IMG/VR virus record: IMGVR_UViG_3300046170_000391
DNA from: a virus
Length of the DNA stretch: 64,000 nucleotides
Reading direction: 5' to 3' (one strand)
Shown in pieces: positions 50,859 through 62,276 of this stretch. Every line of letters begins with the position of its first letter. Positions within the stretch are counted from its first letter, which is position 1. Below the pieces are notes generated by a model. The model ran no database searches, had not been told where the DNA came from, and was given only the letters and a program-made list of their open reading frames with translations. The position numbers were made by a program, and so were the translations under genes.

Positions 50859-51602
50859 TTAGGAGAGGTTGTTTCTAATAATATAATTTTTCAAAAAATC
50901 TGCAAACCAGATCTGAGCATTTTCATCGTAATGAGAAGAGAAACCACTATCAATACTAGGTTGTGCTATTTTTTGATTAGATTTAAGACATAATTCAGTA
51001 AAACAATAAGAAGGCTCGTACATTTTAGGGTATCTTTTTGGATTAATATGTAAAGCATAAGGGGAAAATTCTGGTCTTCTTTCAATAACACTTTTAGAAG
51101 CATTCCAAAATATATATTTTATACCATATTTTTGGAATAAAGTTTGAAGTAATATAACACTCATTTGAAAGTCGATTAGATGTTGATGTTTGTCTGTTGT
51201 AGTAACCCAAGATTGATAGTATGCATAATCAGAATAGTTAAGAACCTCTTTATACTGTGAATCATTACCTACAACTAAGGGGCACCAATTATTATCATAA
51301 AATTGATTTTTGCCTTCACCTGAACCATCATATATCTCAGTTCTAAATATACCAGGCCATAGTATGACAAAAAAGAGATCTTTGAGGTCTCTTTTGTTAT
51401 CTATAAAATGTGTATGAATATATTCAAGAGTAGTTCTAACTACTCTGTGATTAGATGCCCCTGACATAGACAGATTCATATGATCATAACCAAGAGAATT
51501 AGCTAAATGTTGGGGCCAAGCTTTTTCATAACACTGACCTTGTTGAGGATACTCAAGTTCAGCCCCTGCTGTATGAGAACAACCGTTTGCTACAAGTATC
51601 AT
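50859..51602 (-). CDS. SGNH-hydrolase-like protein
   Basis: NGCSHTAG, G.SN, C-terminal H. Confidence 0.6.
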   Translation of the reverse strand: MILVANGCSHTAGAELEYPQQGQCYEKAWPQHLANSLGYDHMNLSMSGASNHRVVRTTLEYIHTHFIDNKRDLKDLFFVILWPGIFRTEIYDGSGEGKNQFYDNNWCPLVVGNDSQYKEVLNYSDYAYYQSWVTTTDKHQHLIDFQMSVILLQTLFQKYGIKYIFWNASKSVIERRPEFSPYALHINPKRYPKMYEPSYCFTELCLKSNQKIAQPSIDSGFSSHYDENAQIWFADFLKNYIIRNNLS

Positions 51603-52161
51603 CCCGACCCAGAAGAAATGATTGTGTTTATGAGGGGAATTGCGTTTGCTAGAATAGCTGCTTCTGATATACCCACAGGAAATAAATTACTAGAGATATT
51701 ATTTACTTCTAATACTTGTACACGGGGTCGATCCCATGCAGTATTCTGACCTATATCAGTATTGCTAAAATATATAAGATCCATGTTCTTATGGCCTGCT
51801 CCACCATTAACAAGAGTACACGTATAAGGATCCTCAGCATCTGCAGTAATTGTTACCACTAAACCTGTTCCATCCCCCGTAGATGACTCTTGTCCTACAT
51901 TAGTGTAAGTCCCATCAGCTAGTCTAGTGTTGCCTGTTAGGAAATTAAATTGTGTGACTTCCCCCTGCGTACCTTGATCATACAACTGATCGTTTTGAAA
52001 ATGATAAGAGAAATCTTCAGTCCAATGCCCGTCTGAATCTAGATGACCTCCTGTAGCAGCTGCAACTGTAGCATCTTGTTGAACATTGCTAATAAAATAA
52101 TCACTACATACAAATAAATTTGCCATTGAAAACTCCTTATAAATTAATTATATAGAATATA

Positions 52162-53343
52162 TCATTTTTTACTTGCATAAGCAACAGCTTTATGTAAGGA
52201 ACTACTTGATAATGTAAGATATTCGTAATTTTTAAATTGCGGGAACGTTTTAAAGAAGTCTGTGCCTCTATACCCATCCAAAAGAGTATTAACATCAATA
52301 AACTCTTTCATTCTATCAGGCTTATCCTCTGAGATAAAATCATTGTATAGTTTAGTTAGTCTATCGTCATGTTTGTATAATTCTTTTAATTGTTCTTTTA
52401 ATTCTCTGGGTAAGGCTTGCGCACTAAGATACGCAGGAGCGTGTAGAGGATTAAAAGTAACACGTTTTCCTAACGTATCCATAATCTCTAATAGTCGAGG
52501 TAAAGTCCACACACTGTACTTATTTACAACACAACATATCTGAGAAACAAAAGGAAAGGCTAGTTTCAAGTTAGTTAGAAAAATTTTAGTGTCAAAACCT
52601 GTTCTACTATACTCGTTTTGTGGCCCCCATCCATCACAACTTGCTAATAAACTTACTTGAGTAAAGTGTTTCCAAAGATCTCTTAAATTATAATTTTTGT
52701 AGTGTAAATTAGATAAATTAGTCGAGTAAGAAAGAATGACATTAGTACAATTATTATCTATTAGGAATGTTAATAATTGAGCATTAGCATCGGTAATTAG
52801 TGGCTCACCTCCAGAAATATTAATTTGTTTGAGAGAGTTGTTTTGAATTAACCCTTTAATGAGTTCTAAAAAACGAGGATCTTTTTTGAAGATATTAGTA
52901 GTAAGCTCTTCATCCGGCATAAAAGTGTAAAATTTATGCTTTTTATTTTCAATCGCCCAAGTGGTTGAAAAACTAGGGTTACACATACGACATTTAAAGT
53001 TACACACATTGTTTAATCGAATGTGTATTTTTTCAATATTTTTGGCATCATTTCGATAAGTTGGATATTTTACTCTATGCGTTGGGAGATTATATTTTTC
53101 ATTTTCCCAGCAGTATTTACAAGACGGATGCTTTTGATTATTTAAAAATGCTTGTCTTAATTCTTTAAGAGCATTGCCTTTTAGATATTCTTTAATGGAA
53201 TTACCCATAGGAAAACTATTAGAAGGCATAACACAACAAGGAGTAATTTTTCCATCTTCTTCTATATGCAATTCAGTCCAAGGTCTAACACAGAAATTAC
53301 TAGGTACTGGCGGCTCTTTTGAAAAGTTTTTTGATTTCGTCAT
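52162..53343 (-). CDS. Radical SAM protein with N-terminal twitch/SPASM-like domain
   Basis: C..PW...PCC...C..C; CNFKCRMC; SGGEP. Confidence 0.88.
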   Translation of the reverse strand: MTKSKNFSKEPPVPSNFCVRPWTELHIEEDGKITPCCVMPSNSFPMGNSIKEYLKGNALKELRQAFLNNQKHPSCKYCWENEKYNLPTHRVKYPTYRNDAKNIEKIHIRLNNVCNFKCRMCNPSFSTTWAIENKKHKFYTFMPDEELTTNIFKKDPRFLELIKGLIQNNSLKQINISGGEPLITDANAQLLTFLIDNNCTNVILSYSTNLSNLHYKNYNLRDLWKHFTQVSLLASCDGWGPQNEYSRTGFDTKIFLTNLKLAFPFVSQICCVVNKYSVWTLPRLLEIMDTLGKRVTFNPLHAPAYLSAQALPRELKEQLKELYKHDDRLTKLYNDFISEDKPDRMKEFIDVNTLLDGYRGTDFFKTFPQFKNYEYLTLSSSSLHKAVAYASKK

Positions 53344-53863
53344 TTGTTATTACTTTGAAATTACCAGACTCTACGCCTTTTACTATCTTTTCGTATTCTA
53401 CATGGGCTTCAGCTTGATTCTCTAGCAGAGGATTAAGAAAAGCACAACGAAGACGGCGATACATATTTTTAAATGCAGGTCCATGAGGTTTACATCTATA
53501 GTTATTTAATCTATATGAGTAATATTGTAAAGCATGAGCAACCTCGTGTAAAATAGTCATTTCTAATTTTGCTGTTTTCCTACGAGTATAAATTTCACCT
53601 ATATCTCTATCCTTAGCAAACGACGCATATTCATAGATTTTGTATAATTCGCCTTTTTGATCGCGACAAGCTGGGACCATTGCAATTGAAATACCAGGGC
53701 CATCAGCGTACATGCCCCCACGAGACCGAGAACGTCGAGAACTCCAATCAAGAGTAATACTTTTTAGCTCAAACTTAGGGTACATTTCTTGTTGCGCCCA
53801 AGCCTCAACCTCACGTGCGTACTTATAGCCAAAGCTATGCCACTCAGTTTTATTCATTCTCAA
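53300..53863 (-). CDS. SprT-like zinc metalloprotease
   Basis: HEVAH...PHGPAF. Confidence 0.7.
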   Translation of the reverse strand: MRMNKTEWHSFGYKYAREVEAWAQQEMYPKFELKSITLDWSSRRSRSRGGMYADGPGISIAMVPACRDQKGELYKIYEYASFAKDRDIGEIYTRRKTAKLEMTILHEVAHALQYYSYRLNNYRCKPHGPAFKNMYRRLRCAFLNPLLENQAEAHVEYEKIVKGVESGNFKVITNDEIKKLFKRAAST

Positions 53864-54343
53864 TATCCTCCAAAAATACTATATCATCGTGACATATAAC
53901 TTCAAACATTGCCGAACCGAAATCAAACATCTCAGCAGCAATTAAACATGCATTGTCTTCATCTTCTGCTTCAACATCCATTGTTTGTGTTAATGTAACT
54001 GTAAATTTCATCGTCTTTTCCCTGTTGCTGAGTCGGAGGCTTCCTTTGAAGAAAGCACGACAAGGTTGCCTTTATTGTATGCTTGACCAACGTGAACACC
54101 TGAGCCACTGTATGAGTTCTTACCTTTAACAAATCCATTACCAACCCGATCTGATGTAGGCAATGAAGTACAATCAGATTTATAATCAGGCATAGGTGCC
54201 GATAATTTAGTAGCTATTTTAAGTTGTGAGGGATGTAAACCTCGCTTACGTAGCCAAGCATCGTGATATGCTATTTTTTCTGCTTTTGTATATTTTTTCA
54301 TATATACATATTAGTAAATAATAGAGCAGTATGCAAGAAAGAC

Positions 54344-55288
54344 TTATATTCTAAGATCACGAAAGTTAGTTAGTGCGTCAGTATATTTTCCATCAATATC
54401 AGGAGTAAAAAGAGCTATTGCTATATTTCGTGCATCTGTGACATCTCTGAGAGATTCGCCACAAAAGATAGCAAGACGTTGACCTGAAGGAGGATTAATA
54501 CAGGCATTATTAGGATCATCAATCTGGTAGTAGGTTAGATAATCAAATATTTCTTCACATAGATTAGGATTAATAGTAAATGATTGATTGTATTGTGCAA
54601 ATAACGCAGAGAGATAAAACTCCTCAGTTCGATCACCGTCATAAGTCCACTCTCCTACGTTATATAACACATGAATTGCTTCCATCAACTCTCTATCACC
54701 AAATCTATCTATATCGCCCATACGCAAGTGACACTCAATGATAGTTTCTCCAATGACTTCAAGATTTAAACAACCAGTGTAGTGTTCAAAATTTTCTTCT
54801 ACCCAGTTATATACATAGCGATAAGTAGCGTCAGGACACTCTATTAGTTCCCAATAATCAAACATTCCGTGCTGTAGTTTTTCTCCACGTATACAATAGT
54901 GGTCTACAATCTCACCTTTACGAAGTATTAAATCAATTGAATAGTGTTCACCCATTACATAAGGAGACCAGAACAAACTGGTCAACTGAGTAGATTCATA
55001 CTGCTCACGATTGTGAATAACTTGACTTTCCATCCCTCCACCACGTAAGTTATAGATTGGTTTTAGTACGATAGGATATTGAGTAGGGTCAGTGCCTATA
55101 GGTCCATGAGGTATATCCTGCATCTCACAAACATGCATTTTATTGTAGAAATTACGATAGTTAAAAAACTCTGGATGAGAATATGCGAATTCGTCTGTTG
55201 TGGGAATATCAACTCCCCAATCAGACACATAATTTTTGTAGTATTGAGGCATCGACTCAATCGGATTGTGGTTTTTCCAAGGCATCAT
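54344..55288 (-). CDS. ATP-grasp-like protein
   Basis: YPIVLKP..N..G.G; GEHYSID; NLE.I...IIECH.R. Confidence 0.55.
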   Translation of the reverse strand: MMPWKNHNPIESMPQYYKNYVSDWGVDIPTTDEFAYSHPEFFNYRNFYNKMHVCEMQDIPHGPIGTDPTQYPIVLKPIYNLRGGGMESQVIHNREQYESTQLTSLFWSPYVMGEHYSIDLILRKGEIVDHYCIRGEKLQHGMFDYWELIECPDATYRYVYNWVEENFEHYTGCLNLEVIGETIIECHLRMGDIDRFGDRELMEAIHVLYNVGEWTYDGDRTEEFYLSALFAQYNQSFTINPNLCEEIFDYLTYYQIDDPNNACINPPSGQRLAIFCGESLRDVTDARNIAIALFTPDIDGKYTDALTNFRDLRI

Positions 55289-55827
55289 ATACTCGCTCTC
55301 TTATATCAACAACTTTTTCAGTTTCAATTATGTTGATACATAGATTTGTAATGTCAATATCTTTCCGTAAAAAGAACATTTTTTCTTGAAGTTCTTCAAG
55401 TTGTTTTTGGTAATACGCAAGTTCTTTTTCTTTGCGAAGTTTTTGATCAATAATATCCGTTAACAGAAAAATTCTATTCTCGCTCACAAGTACTCTCTCA
55501 CGGTAATAAATTTAAATTTTTTTGGGTCTTTGTTAATATCTTCCGACCAAAAACGTTCATATCTAGCTCTCTGTAAATATCCTGCAAACCAAGTTATTTT
55601 GGTAAAATCTATATCAAAGAAACAATTAGACCAAACATCAATCCAATAAGTAGAATTATATAGAACAAATGTATGAATATAGTTCTGTGCAACAACAGTT
55701 GTTTTATCGAAAGAAGTGTGTGGCTGTAGGCGCCAACACAGTCTTAAACTAGACGACTCGCAGTCACCTGAAGAATCTCTGTATTTTATTATCCATTCTT
55801 CTAACCATTTTACTAATTCTTCTTCAA

Positions 55828-56697
55828 TCAAAACTGAACCGCCGGAGACCAAAAAGTAGTACGCCCATCATCAAGCTTGATTTTTTCAACAGGATGACCG
55901 TATATATCTTTTTGCTGATTATAAACCATTACGTGTCCTCCTCTTGCTTCTACTATTTCAGAAGGATTTGATGCGAAACGAGTATACTTCCCATGATTAT
56001 TATATAAGTCAGAATAATTACGAATAGTTGCTCCGCCAGACTCATACGATGCTGATAGTACTTTACAAATTGCATAATAAAGTTTTTCAAGTTCTTTTTC
56101 GTCCAAACTACCCATTGTTCTATGAGGAGCAATACCAGCTAAAAATAGGGATTCTGATTTATAGATATTTCCTACACCAGAAATTTTTTTCTGATCCATT
56201 AACCACTTTACCACTGACCAACTGGGATTACCTCGTGCGCGGGTATTAAATTCGCTAAGAGTACAAGGATTATTAAGCATATCAGGTCCAATTGATCTAA
56301 GTTTTGCTTGAAGATCACTTTCTTTATCCACAAACTTAATAGTCCCAAAATTACGCTGATCGTTGTAGTAGACAGCAGTGTCATCATCAAAGTAAAAAGC
56401 CATCCTTGTGTGTTTGGATGGCTGGAGTTTAAAATTACCAGTCATACCAAGAGTAGTATAAATATAATATATTGGAAGCAAATCACCAAGCTCCCAATAT
56501 ATAAATTTACCCTTGTTGTGTACGGCTTTGACAGGAAATGGCCCATCATCTTCTAAATCACAATAGAAGCTGCCAAATCCTGTAGGTAGATTTTTAGTAT
56601 ACCTACCAGAGATAAAATTAATATTGATTAAATTTTTACCTCGTACAGCCCGATCAAGTTGTCTAGCTGTACGTGTGCATTCTGGACCTTCAGGCAT
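55828..56697 (-). CDS. Fpg/Nei DNA glycosylase (zincless finger)
   Basis: MPEGPE, KGK, LGMTG, D.RNFG, GPD, LMDQ..ISGVGNIY, GRTTFW.P..Q. Confidence 0.93.
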   Translation of the reverse strand: MPEGPECTRTARQLDRAVRGKNLININFISGRYTKNLPTGFGSFYCDLEDDGPFPVKAVHNKGKFIYWELGDLLPIYYIYTTLGMTGNFKLQPSKHTRMAFYFDDDTAVYYNDQRNFGTIKFVDKESDLQAKLRSIGPDMLNNPCTLSEFNTRARGNPSWSVVKWLMDQKKISGVGNIYKSESLFLAGIAPHRTMGSLDEKELEKLYYAICKVLSASYESGGATIRNYSDLYNNHGKYTRFASNPSEIVEARGGHVMVYNQQKDIYGHPVEKIKLDDGRTTFWSPAVQF

Positions 56698-56963
56698 TAG
56701 CGCATCTTAAGGTTAGCTTGACGTGGAAATCCCCAAACATCTATTGCTGGAACACGAATCATACGCTCTTTAGTATTCTTTTTATCGGGATTTGGGACAG
56801 TGAGCACAACGTTTTTACCTTTACGCCACGCAATAGCTTGATTATTACGGCGCATATCAGACTGAATATACTCACGACGAAGAGCATTTAACACAGAACG
56901 TGTTACATTTGGACGCTCACCTTTAGAGGTGTAATTTTTACCAGAACTTTTCTTACCTGCCAT
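56697..56963 (-). CDS. Basic conserved phage protein
   Basis: YTSKGERPNV...AWRKGKNV.LTVPNP; own promoter. Confidence 0.6.
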   Translation of the reverse strand: MAGKKSSGKNYTSKGERPNVTRSVLNALRREYIQSDMRRNNQAIAWRKGKNVVLTVPNPDKKNTKERMIRVPAIDVWGFPRQANLKMR

Positions 56964-57214
56964 TTGAATCTCCTGTTTTTGAAATATAAGTTAATATACA
57001 AAAATTAAAGGGACTAAGCAATTATAAAGTAGCTGAGAAAGGGGTTGAGTTAGAAGATACAGAGATATTGCTGTGTAGTTCTATAAATGTATAAATAAAA
57101 TCTGCGGGCTCATATAATTGTGAACATTTTCGACACTCTACAATATCAAGCGGCTCCACTTTACCATTCATAAACCATACTTCTTCATCAGAAGAGCAGA
57201 TAGGACATAAGCTT

Positions 57215-57961
57215 CTAGCTCTGTAAGTAGACATGATAAATTTTGCGGTGATATAAATCCATGGAATGGTCACGTGCTCCGTCAAAAAATTCACGTTTCT
57301 TCCACGCTGCTAAACGTCCACGCCATTGATCTTTAATGCGTTGCCAAGCAGTCATTTTACGAATATTTCCATAGTGATTTATATAGACAAGCTCTCCGTG
57401 ATGACGGTACACAATAGGAGGAGGTACACGAGTCACTATATCATTGTTGTTAACAAAGCGGTAATGCTTTATTTTGTCAGTACTCATTTCTTTGACGAAG
57501 CGTCTATCACCTACACGAGGGGAACCAAAAGTGTAAAGTTCGTTGGCGTCTAACCGACTTGCCATGATAGTAGCTAATGCAGCTCCGAGTGAATGACCCG
57601 TACACGTGATTCGACAATCATCATCAAATTGTTGAGCATCTAAATACTCAACAATCTCACTATACACAAGATTTATAGCATTAGCAAATCCTGAATGAAC
57701 ACGACCCCTCTCTTGGGCTCTTTTCGGCCACGCTCGGAGATCGGCTAAGACATCGGAAAGTTGGTCTGGCTCAGTACCTCTGAAACAGATAATCACTGTG
57801 TTGGTTTCTTTATCCCAAGCAACAAAACATTGTGTGCTTCCTCTATCAAACCATTTGAACTTTTCATAGCCAAATGTATCACAAGACGAACGCACTAAGG
57901 GCTCACCTGAGTAGACAAGTTTACTCAAGTAAGCCGCACGAACTGCTTTATGTGTTAGCAT
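57215..57961 (-). CDS. Class 3 lipase
   Basis: FRGT, VHSGF, GHSLG, YTFGSPRVG, D.V..VP. Confidence 0.9.
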   Translation of the reverse strand: MLTHKAVRAAYLSKLVYSGEPLVRSSCDTFGYEKFKWFDRGSTQCFVAWDKETNTVIICFRGTEPDQLSDVLADLRAWPKRAQERGRVHSGFANAINLVYSEIVEYLDAQQFDDDCRITCTGHSLGAALATIMASRLDANELYTFGSPRVGDRRFVKEMSTDKIKHYRFVNNNDIVTRVPPPIVYRHHGELVYINHYGNIRKMTAWQRIKDQWRGRLAAWKKREFFDGARDHSMDLYHRKIYHVYLQS

Positions 57962-58277
57962 TACTTTTTCTTCTTTTTATTTTTTAAGATAGCAGCTTGA
58001 AGTGCTGGTGGAAGTTTCTTTTGAGCGGCAGTAAGTCCATTACCTTTACCATTCATTTTTTTCTTACCACCATTCATTGGTTTTCCGTTTTTCTTGTGCA
58101 TAGCCATTAGCTCTTTCCTCTTCTTCCTAAGTCGATTTTTTTACCCTTATGAGGGCCTGATTTACGTGGTATCATGCCACGGGCTACAAGTCTGGCTCGG
58201 TTAGTAGAACCGATTGAGCGCCCAGACTTATATTTGCGTAGTAGTTCCGCATAGTTAATTTTTGGTTTTTTCTTCAC

Positions 58278-59126
58278 CTATACGTTCCAATCAAACGTGT
58301 CTGATTCTTCTGTAGGTGCTACTTCTAGTCCTACAAAGTTTTCACTATATTTTGTAAAACCAAAAGACGCAATTTCAGACTGAGTATACCCTATTAAATT
58401 TGATTTAGTTGAATCTTCCCAATAGTTTAGGTTTTTATAGCCCCAACCACTTGGTTTTCCAGACTCAGAAATATCTAGTTTAATCATGGAATTGTTCGCC
58501 ATAGTATCTGTAGTGATCTTATTTCTATGATAAGAGTGTCTTATCACATTACCTTTAGTTCCTGCATAGATCATTAGTACGGGAACTACTGGTTGCCGTT
58601 CATAGTAAGAACCAAAAGAAGTATTCCAGGCGATAGGAGCCATAAAAGGTGCGCTTAAAAAGCCTACATCATAACCAAAATCTTGCAAAGTTCTTGCATA
58701 TTCCATTGCTGAGATAGCTATACCTATAGCATAATTTCTGATAAAGTCATTCATCACGGCAGGATTGTTTAAAAAATTTTTCTCACCTGCTAAAAAACCT
58801 CCATCGAAATATTCGTCTGGATAATCAATACCCCAGCCGTTATCCTCAGTTTCTGAATCTAGTTCTGGTATCATTGTCCATATAGCAGCGTGTCCACAAT
58901 TTGAAATTAAATTTCTAGCAGTAGACGCATGAGTATGTACGTCCATCCAATTCCATACCTCAGAGAGTACATCTCCAGTCTCTCTATGAGGCAACCAAAC
59001 ACGCGTATGATTGCGAGAAGCCGCTGGCATTTGAAATGCTTTAACTAGTGCTTGGTTGATGTGATCTTCAGTGGGATTTTCGTTATCTGAAGCGTATCCA
59101 ACTGTTTGTAATAACATATCTCTCAT
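58278..59126 (-). CDS. Hypothetical protein, possibly nitroreductase-like
   Basis: I..AL..A..MPAA.RN; weak. Confidence 0.35.
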   Translation of the reverse strand: MRDMLLQTVGYASDNENPTEDHINQALVKAFQMPAASRNHTRVWLPHRETGDVLSEVWNWMDVHTHASTARNLISNCGHAAIWTMIPELDSETEDNGWGIDYPDEYFDGGFLAGEKNFLNNPAVMNDFIRNYAIGIAISAMEYARTLQDFGYDVGFLSAPFMAPIAWNTSFGSYYERQPVVPVLMIYAGTKGNVIRHSYHRNKITTDTMANNSMIKLDISESGKPSGWGYKNLNYWEDSTKSNLIGYTQSEIASFGFTKYSENFVGLEVAPTEESDTFDWNV

Positions 59127-59152
59127 TTTTTAATCTCCAAATATCATAAATT

Positions 59153-59668
59153 TTACCTATTTGCTAAAGGGTTGTCCAATGCTCTTTGTAACTGTTTTTC
59201 CATATCCGCTTCAAGATTTTGAATCTTCGTTTCTAAAATATCACGAGTTGCAGTGTTTTCACGGATTAACAAATCTTTTTGAGCTACATATTGATTCAGT
59301 AAATCTTGTCGCTTTACTTCAAAGCGCTCTTCAGCATCATCAATTGTGGTGCGTACATCATCTTCAACACCATTAATATCATCCTCTACAGAATCTACGA
59401 TACGTTCAAGACGAACTATGTCATCTCTTAGACCATTTTTGATATCACGTGAATACTCAAGAGCTTCATCGAGTTTTGTTTCAAGCACAGCGTTACGTGT
59501 CGCAATTTCATCAGTATCAATGTTAGCAATAATTTCTTTCATATTCATGTAGTCTTTGTAAAATTCAAAACCAGCCCAAAGACCGCCACCAAGTGTTCCT
59601 ATCAGTGGAAGGATGAGTAGTAGTTTAGAACCACCAACCTTTACTCCGGCATATTCTATCTCAGCCAT
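59153..59668 (-). CDS. Membrane-anchored coiled-coil protein
   Basis: N-terminal TM; C-terminal ALDNPLA. Confidence 0.6.
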   Translation of the reverse strand: MAEIEYAGVKVGGSKLLLILPLIGTLGGGLWAGFEFYKDYMNMKEIIANIDTDEIATRNAVLETKLDEALEYSRDIKNGLRDDIVRLERIVDSVEDDINGVEDDVRTTIDDAEERFEVKRQDLLNQYVAQKDLLIRENTATRDILETKIQNLEADMEKQLQRALDNPLANR

Positions 59669-59676
59669 TTTATCTC

Positions 59677-61566
59677 CTATCTATATTGTAAATCAGTCAT
59701 CATACTGAATTTAGGGTCGTTTAAAAACCATCTTGCAAACGAATGATCTACCGTGGGTTTTGGCGGATAGAAGTTTGCTAAGTCTAGTATTTCTTCTTCG
59801 TTATAATCTTTAAAATCTGGTACGAAAGAAATCAAAGCGAGAAGCCTACGTTGAATGTCCATTTGCTGTTCAAGTGTCACAGCAGCTTCAAGCTCTTTAA
59901 CAGCTTCAATAGCTTTCATAGCTATTAGTAATTTTAGTTTTTCTCTCTTTGAATCTACGGGATCAACTTTAGGCATTGGTTTACCAGGAATATTCTCAAT
60001 ATACTCGGGTTTAGCATTCTCTAACTCAGCTAATTCTTTTTCAATATCATCTTCCTGATTTGCTCCACCCATCATAGCATCCACGGGACTTCCCTCTTCA
60101 TTAGATTCTGATTCTAACGCAGCAATCTCTGAGTCTATGTCGTCAATCATTTCAAGTTCACCAACTTCTTCATCAATATCATCTTCTACCATTTGAAAAC
60201 CATCATCAAGTTCTACGGTTTCTTGTTCTATTACTAATTCTTCTTGCAAAAAGTCATCAGTAGGAACACTATAAAACTCAGGTTCACCAGTTGTTATGTC
60301 AGTTTCCACAGTCAATACATCATCAATCAAGGGGTCTAAAACAGTAAAGTCACCATCATTACCTGATAAATCAACATATCCTGTGCAGGTGATATCATAT
60401 TGGGGATCTAATGAGCATTGTTGATCGAAGTATGCGGTATCGTATCCTTGACAGCCTGGATCAAACAAAGCATCCTCTTCACACATTGCTATGTAGTAAT
60501 CAGGGCAGCTTGGATCTGAGGTAGGATCATTAGTACACTGTTGATTGTATGATGCAGTGGCATAGCCTGAGCATCCTTGATCGTAAAGCGGATTTAAGTT
60601 ACACTGTTGAGTATAGTAAGCATTAGCATATCCCGGGCAAGCAGGGTCATGTAATGGATTAGCAGTACACTGTTGAGTTAAGTTAGCTGCGGCGTATCCA
60701 GGACAGGATGGGTCGTATAGAGGGTTTGCCGTGCATTGCTGATTAAACAATGCATTAGCATATCCTGAGCAAGACGGGTCGTGTAGAGCATTGATAGCGC
60801 AAATATCTTGACTGAATACGATATCACCAGTCATTCTTCTTACTGCAGGTCCAGCAAAGAAACTTCCTCCATTTTGATAACCTCCATCACCACCGTCTCC
60901 GCCAGTGATAGAAATATCAAAGCTTGCAATGTCTGTGCCATACCCAAGTTGACTGTTAAACCAACTTAAACCACTTTCAGTATACCACGTACCATCTGTA
61001 GCATTTGAGTCATAATTAAAAGTATCAGTTACAACAGCTTTACCATTACTGTCTTTTATAGTAAAACTAATCTCAAGGTGGTCATCACAACCCATCATCA
61101 TACGATTAGGTACTTGTCCATGACACATACCGTTTGAAGCAAATGCATCATCTGACTTTTTATACTCCCAAGAGTATGAGAATCCATCTAACTTGATTCC
61201 TGTTAATTGTTGAAGTAGTCCTGAAACAATTTGAGAGGTGTAGGTCCAATTGGCATCTCCGTTTATAGATTCGCCGTGTAATAGAATTTGGACGTTATTG
61301 CTGCCGCCATTATAGATACCAGTGCCTGCACCTTGGTTTCCGCCCCAAAAGTCTGATTGTTGGTGAGGACCGCCACCATCAAATATTTGCAGTTCAGTTT
61401 GTGCGTGAGTATTTGGATCTTCGGCACAAGCTGTACCAGTGACGAAATTAGTAGTTCCGTTAGTCGAACAATCACCTGTTGTTAAGGATTGAGCATTAGA
61501 GAAGGAGCAATAAGAGAGCGAGAGAAATGCCGCCACCAGCAATCGCTGCGTTACGTTTCTGAACAT
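59677..61566 (-). CDS. Exported protein with Cys-rich tandem repeats and acidic stalk
   Basis: Signal peptide; seven C..(N/D)P..DP.C.GY-type repeats. Confidence 0.65.
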   Translation of the reverse strand: MFRNVTQRLLVAAFLSLSYCSFSNAQSLTTGDCSTNGTTNFVTGTACAEDPNTHAQTELQIFDGGGPHQQSDFWGGNQGAGTGIYNGGSNNVQILLHGESINGDANWTYTSQIVSGLLQQLTGIKLDGFSYSWEYKKSDDAFASNGMCHGQVPNRMMMGCDDHLEISFTIKDSNGKAVVTDTFNYDSNATDGTWYTESGLSWFNSQLGYGTDIASFDISITGGDGGDGGYQNGGSFFAGPAVRRMTGDIVFSQDICAINALHDPSCSGYANALFNQQCTANPLYDPSCPGYAAANLTQQCTANPLHDPACPGYANAYYTQQCNLNPLYDQGCSGYATASYNQQCTNDPTSDPSCPDYYIAMCEEDALFDPGCQGYDTAYFDQQCSLDPQYDITCTGYVDLSGNDGDFTVLDPLIDDVLTVETDITTGEPEFYSVPTDDFLQEELVIEQETVELDDGFQMVEDDIDEEVGELEMIDDIDSEIAALESESNEEGSPVDAMMGGANQEDDIEKELAELENAKPEYIENIPGKPMPKVDPVDSKREKLKLLIAMKAIEAVKELEAAVTLEQQMDIQRRLLALISFVPDFKDYNEEEILDLANFYPPKPTVDHSFARWFLNDPKFSMMTDLQYR

Positions 61567-62056
61567 CTTCTTTTGTCTCCATTTCTTCTACGACTGGAAT
61601 TCTATGTGGATTTGCTTTCCACTGATCAGAGGCTTTGTCACCGATCTCTCCTAAATAAGGACAAGGAGTTCCTGCCATTTCCATTGCGTCATATACTCTA
61701 CGATCTTGACATAGTACTGACACAGCAGCTACTTTCATGCCCATATCATAAAGAGTTTTTGAAATTTTGAGACGTTCACAGTTTTCATCTCTGACCATCT
61801 CACCAGTTGAGATACCCAATATTTGTGTTTGTACTGCCCCAGAAACTCCGACTGTACATAAATCAGATGATGAAGAACCAACACCTGGTGATATTGCAGA
61901 GGGAGGGGGTGATATTACGATTGTACGCGATTTAGCATCAGTGTCTACAGATGATTCAGAAGTTGAATCTGTAATAACTGTGCTAGTAGTTTGCGCAAAG
62001 GAGGCCCCACTAATTGATAGCAGGGCCATAGTTAAAATTATTTTTGTGAGTTTCAA
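61496..62056 (-). CDS. Exported Cys-containing protein
   Basis: Signal peptide; PPPSAISP, D.NCERLK, AM.MAGTPCP. Confidence 0.65.
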   Translation of the reverse strand: MKLTKIILTMALLSISGASFAQTTSTVITDSTSESSVDTDAKSRTIVISPPPSAISPGVGSSSSDLCTVGVSGAVQTQILGISTGEMVRDENCERLKISKTLYDMGMKVAAVSVLCQDRRVYDAMEMAGTPCPYLGEIGDKASDQWKANPHRIPVVEEMETKEDVQKRNAAIAGGGISLALLLLLL

Positions 62057-62276
62057 TTCACCATTCTCTAACTACTATGTAGTTTACTTTCTAGTTGTCG
62101 TTTTTGATCATATTCCATAAGCCCCAGGCTAGACCTGCCCAGACAACAATGTCTAATAAAGCCATACCGCCCCAGATAACTGCGACTGCAGCGGCTGCGA
62201 CGATTACACCGTTGTGAGTGGAACGTTCTTTGATTCTATCTGTAATCCAGCTCATCCACCACTCCTTTCTGTGTTG

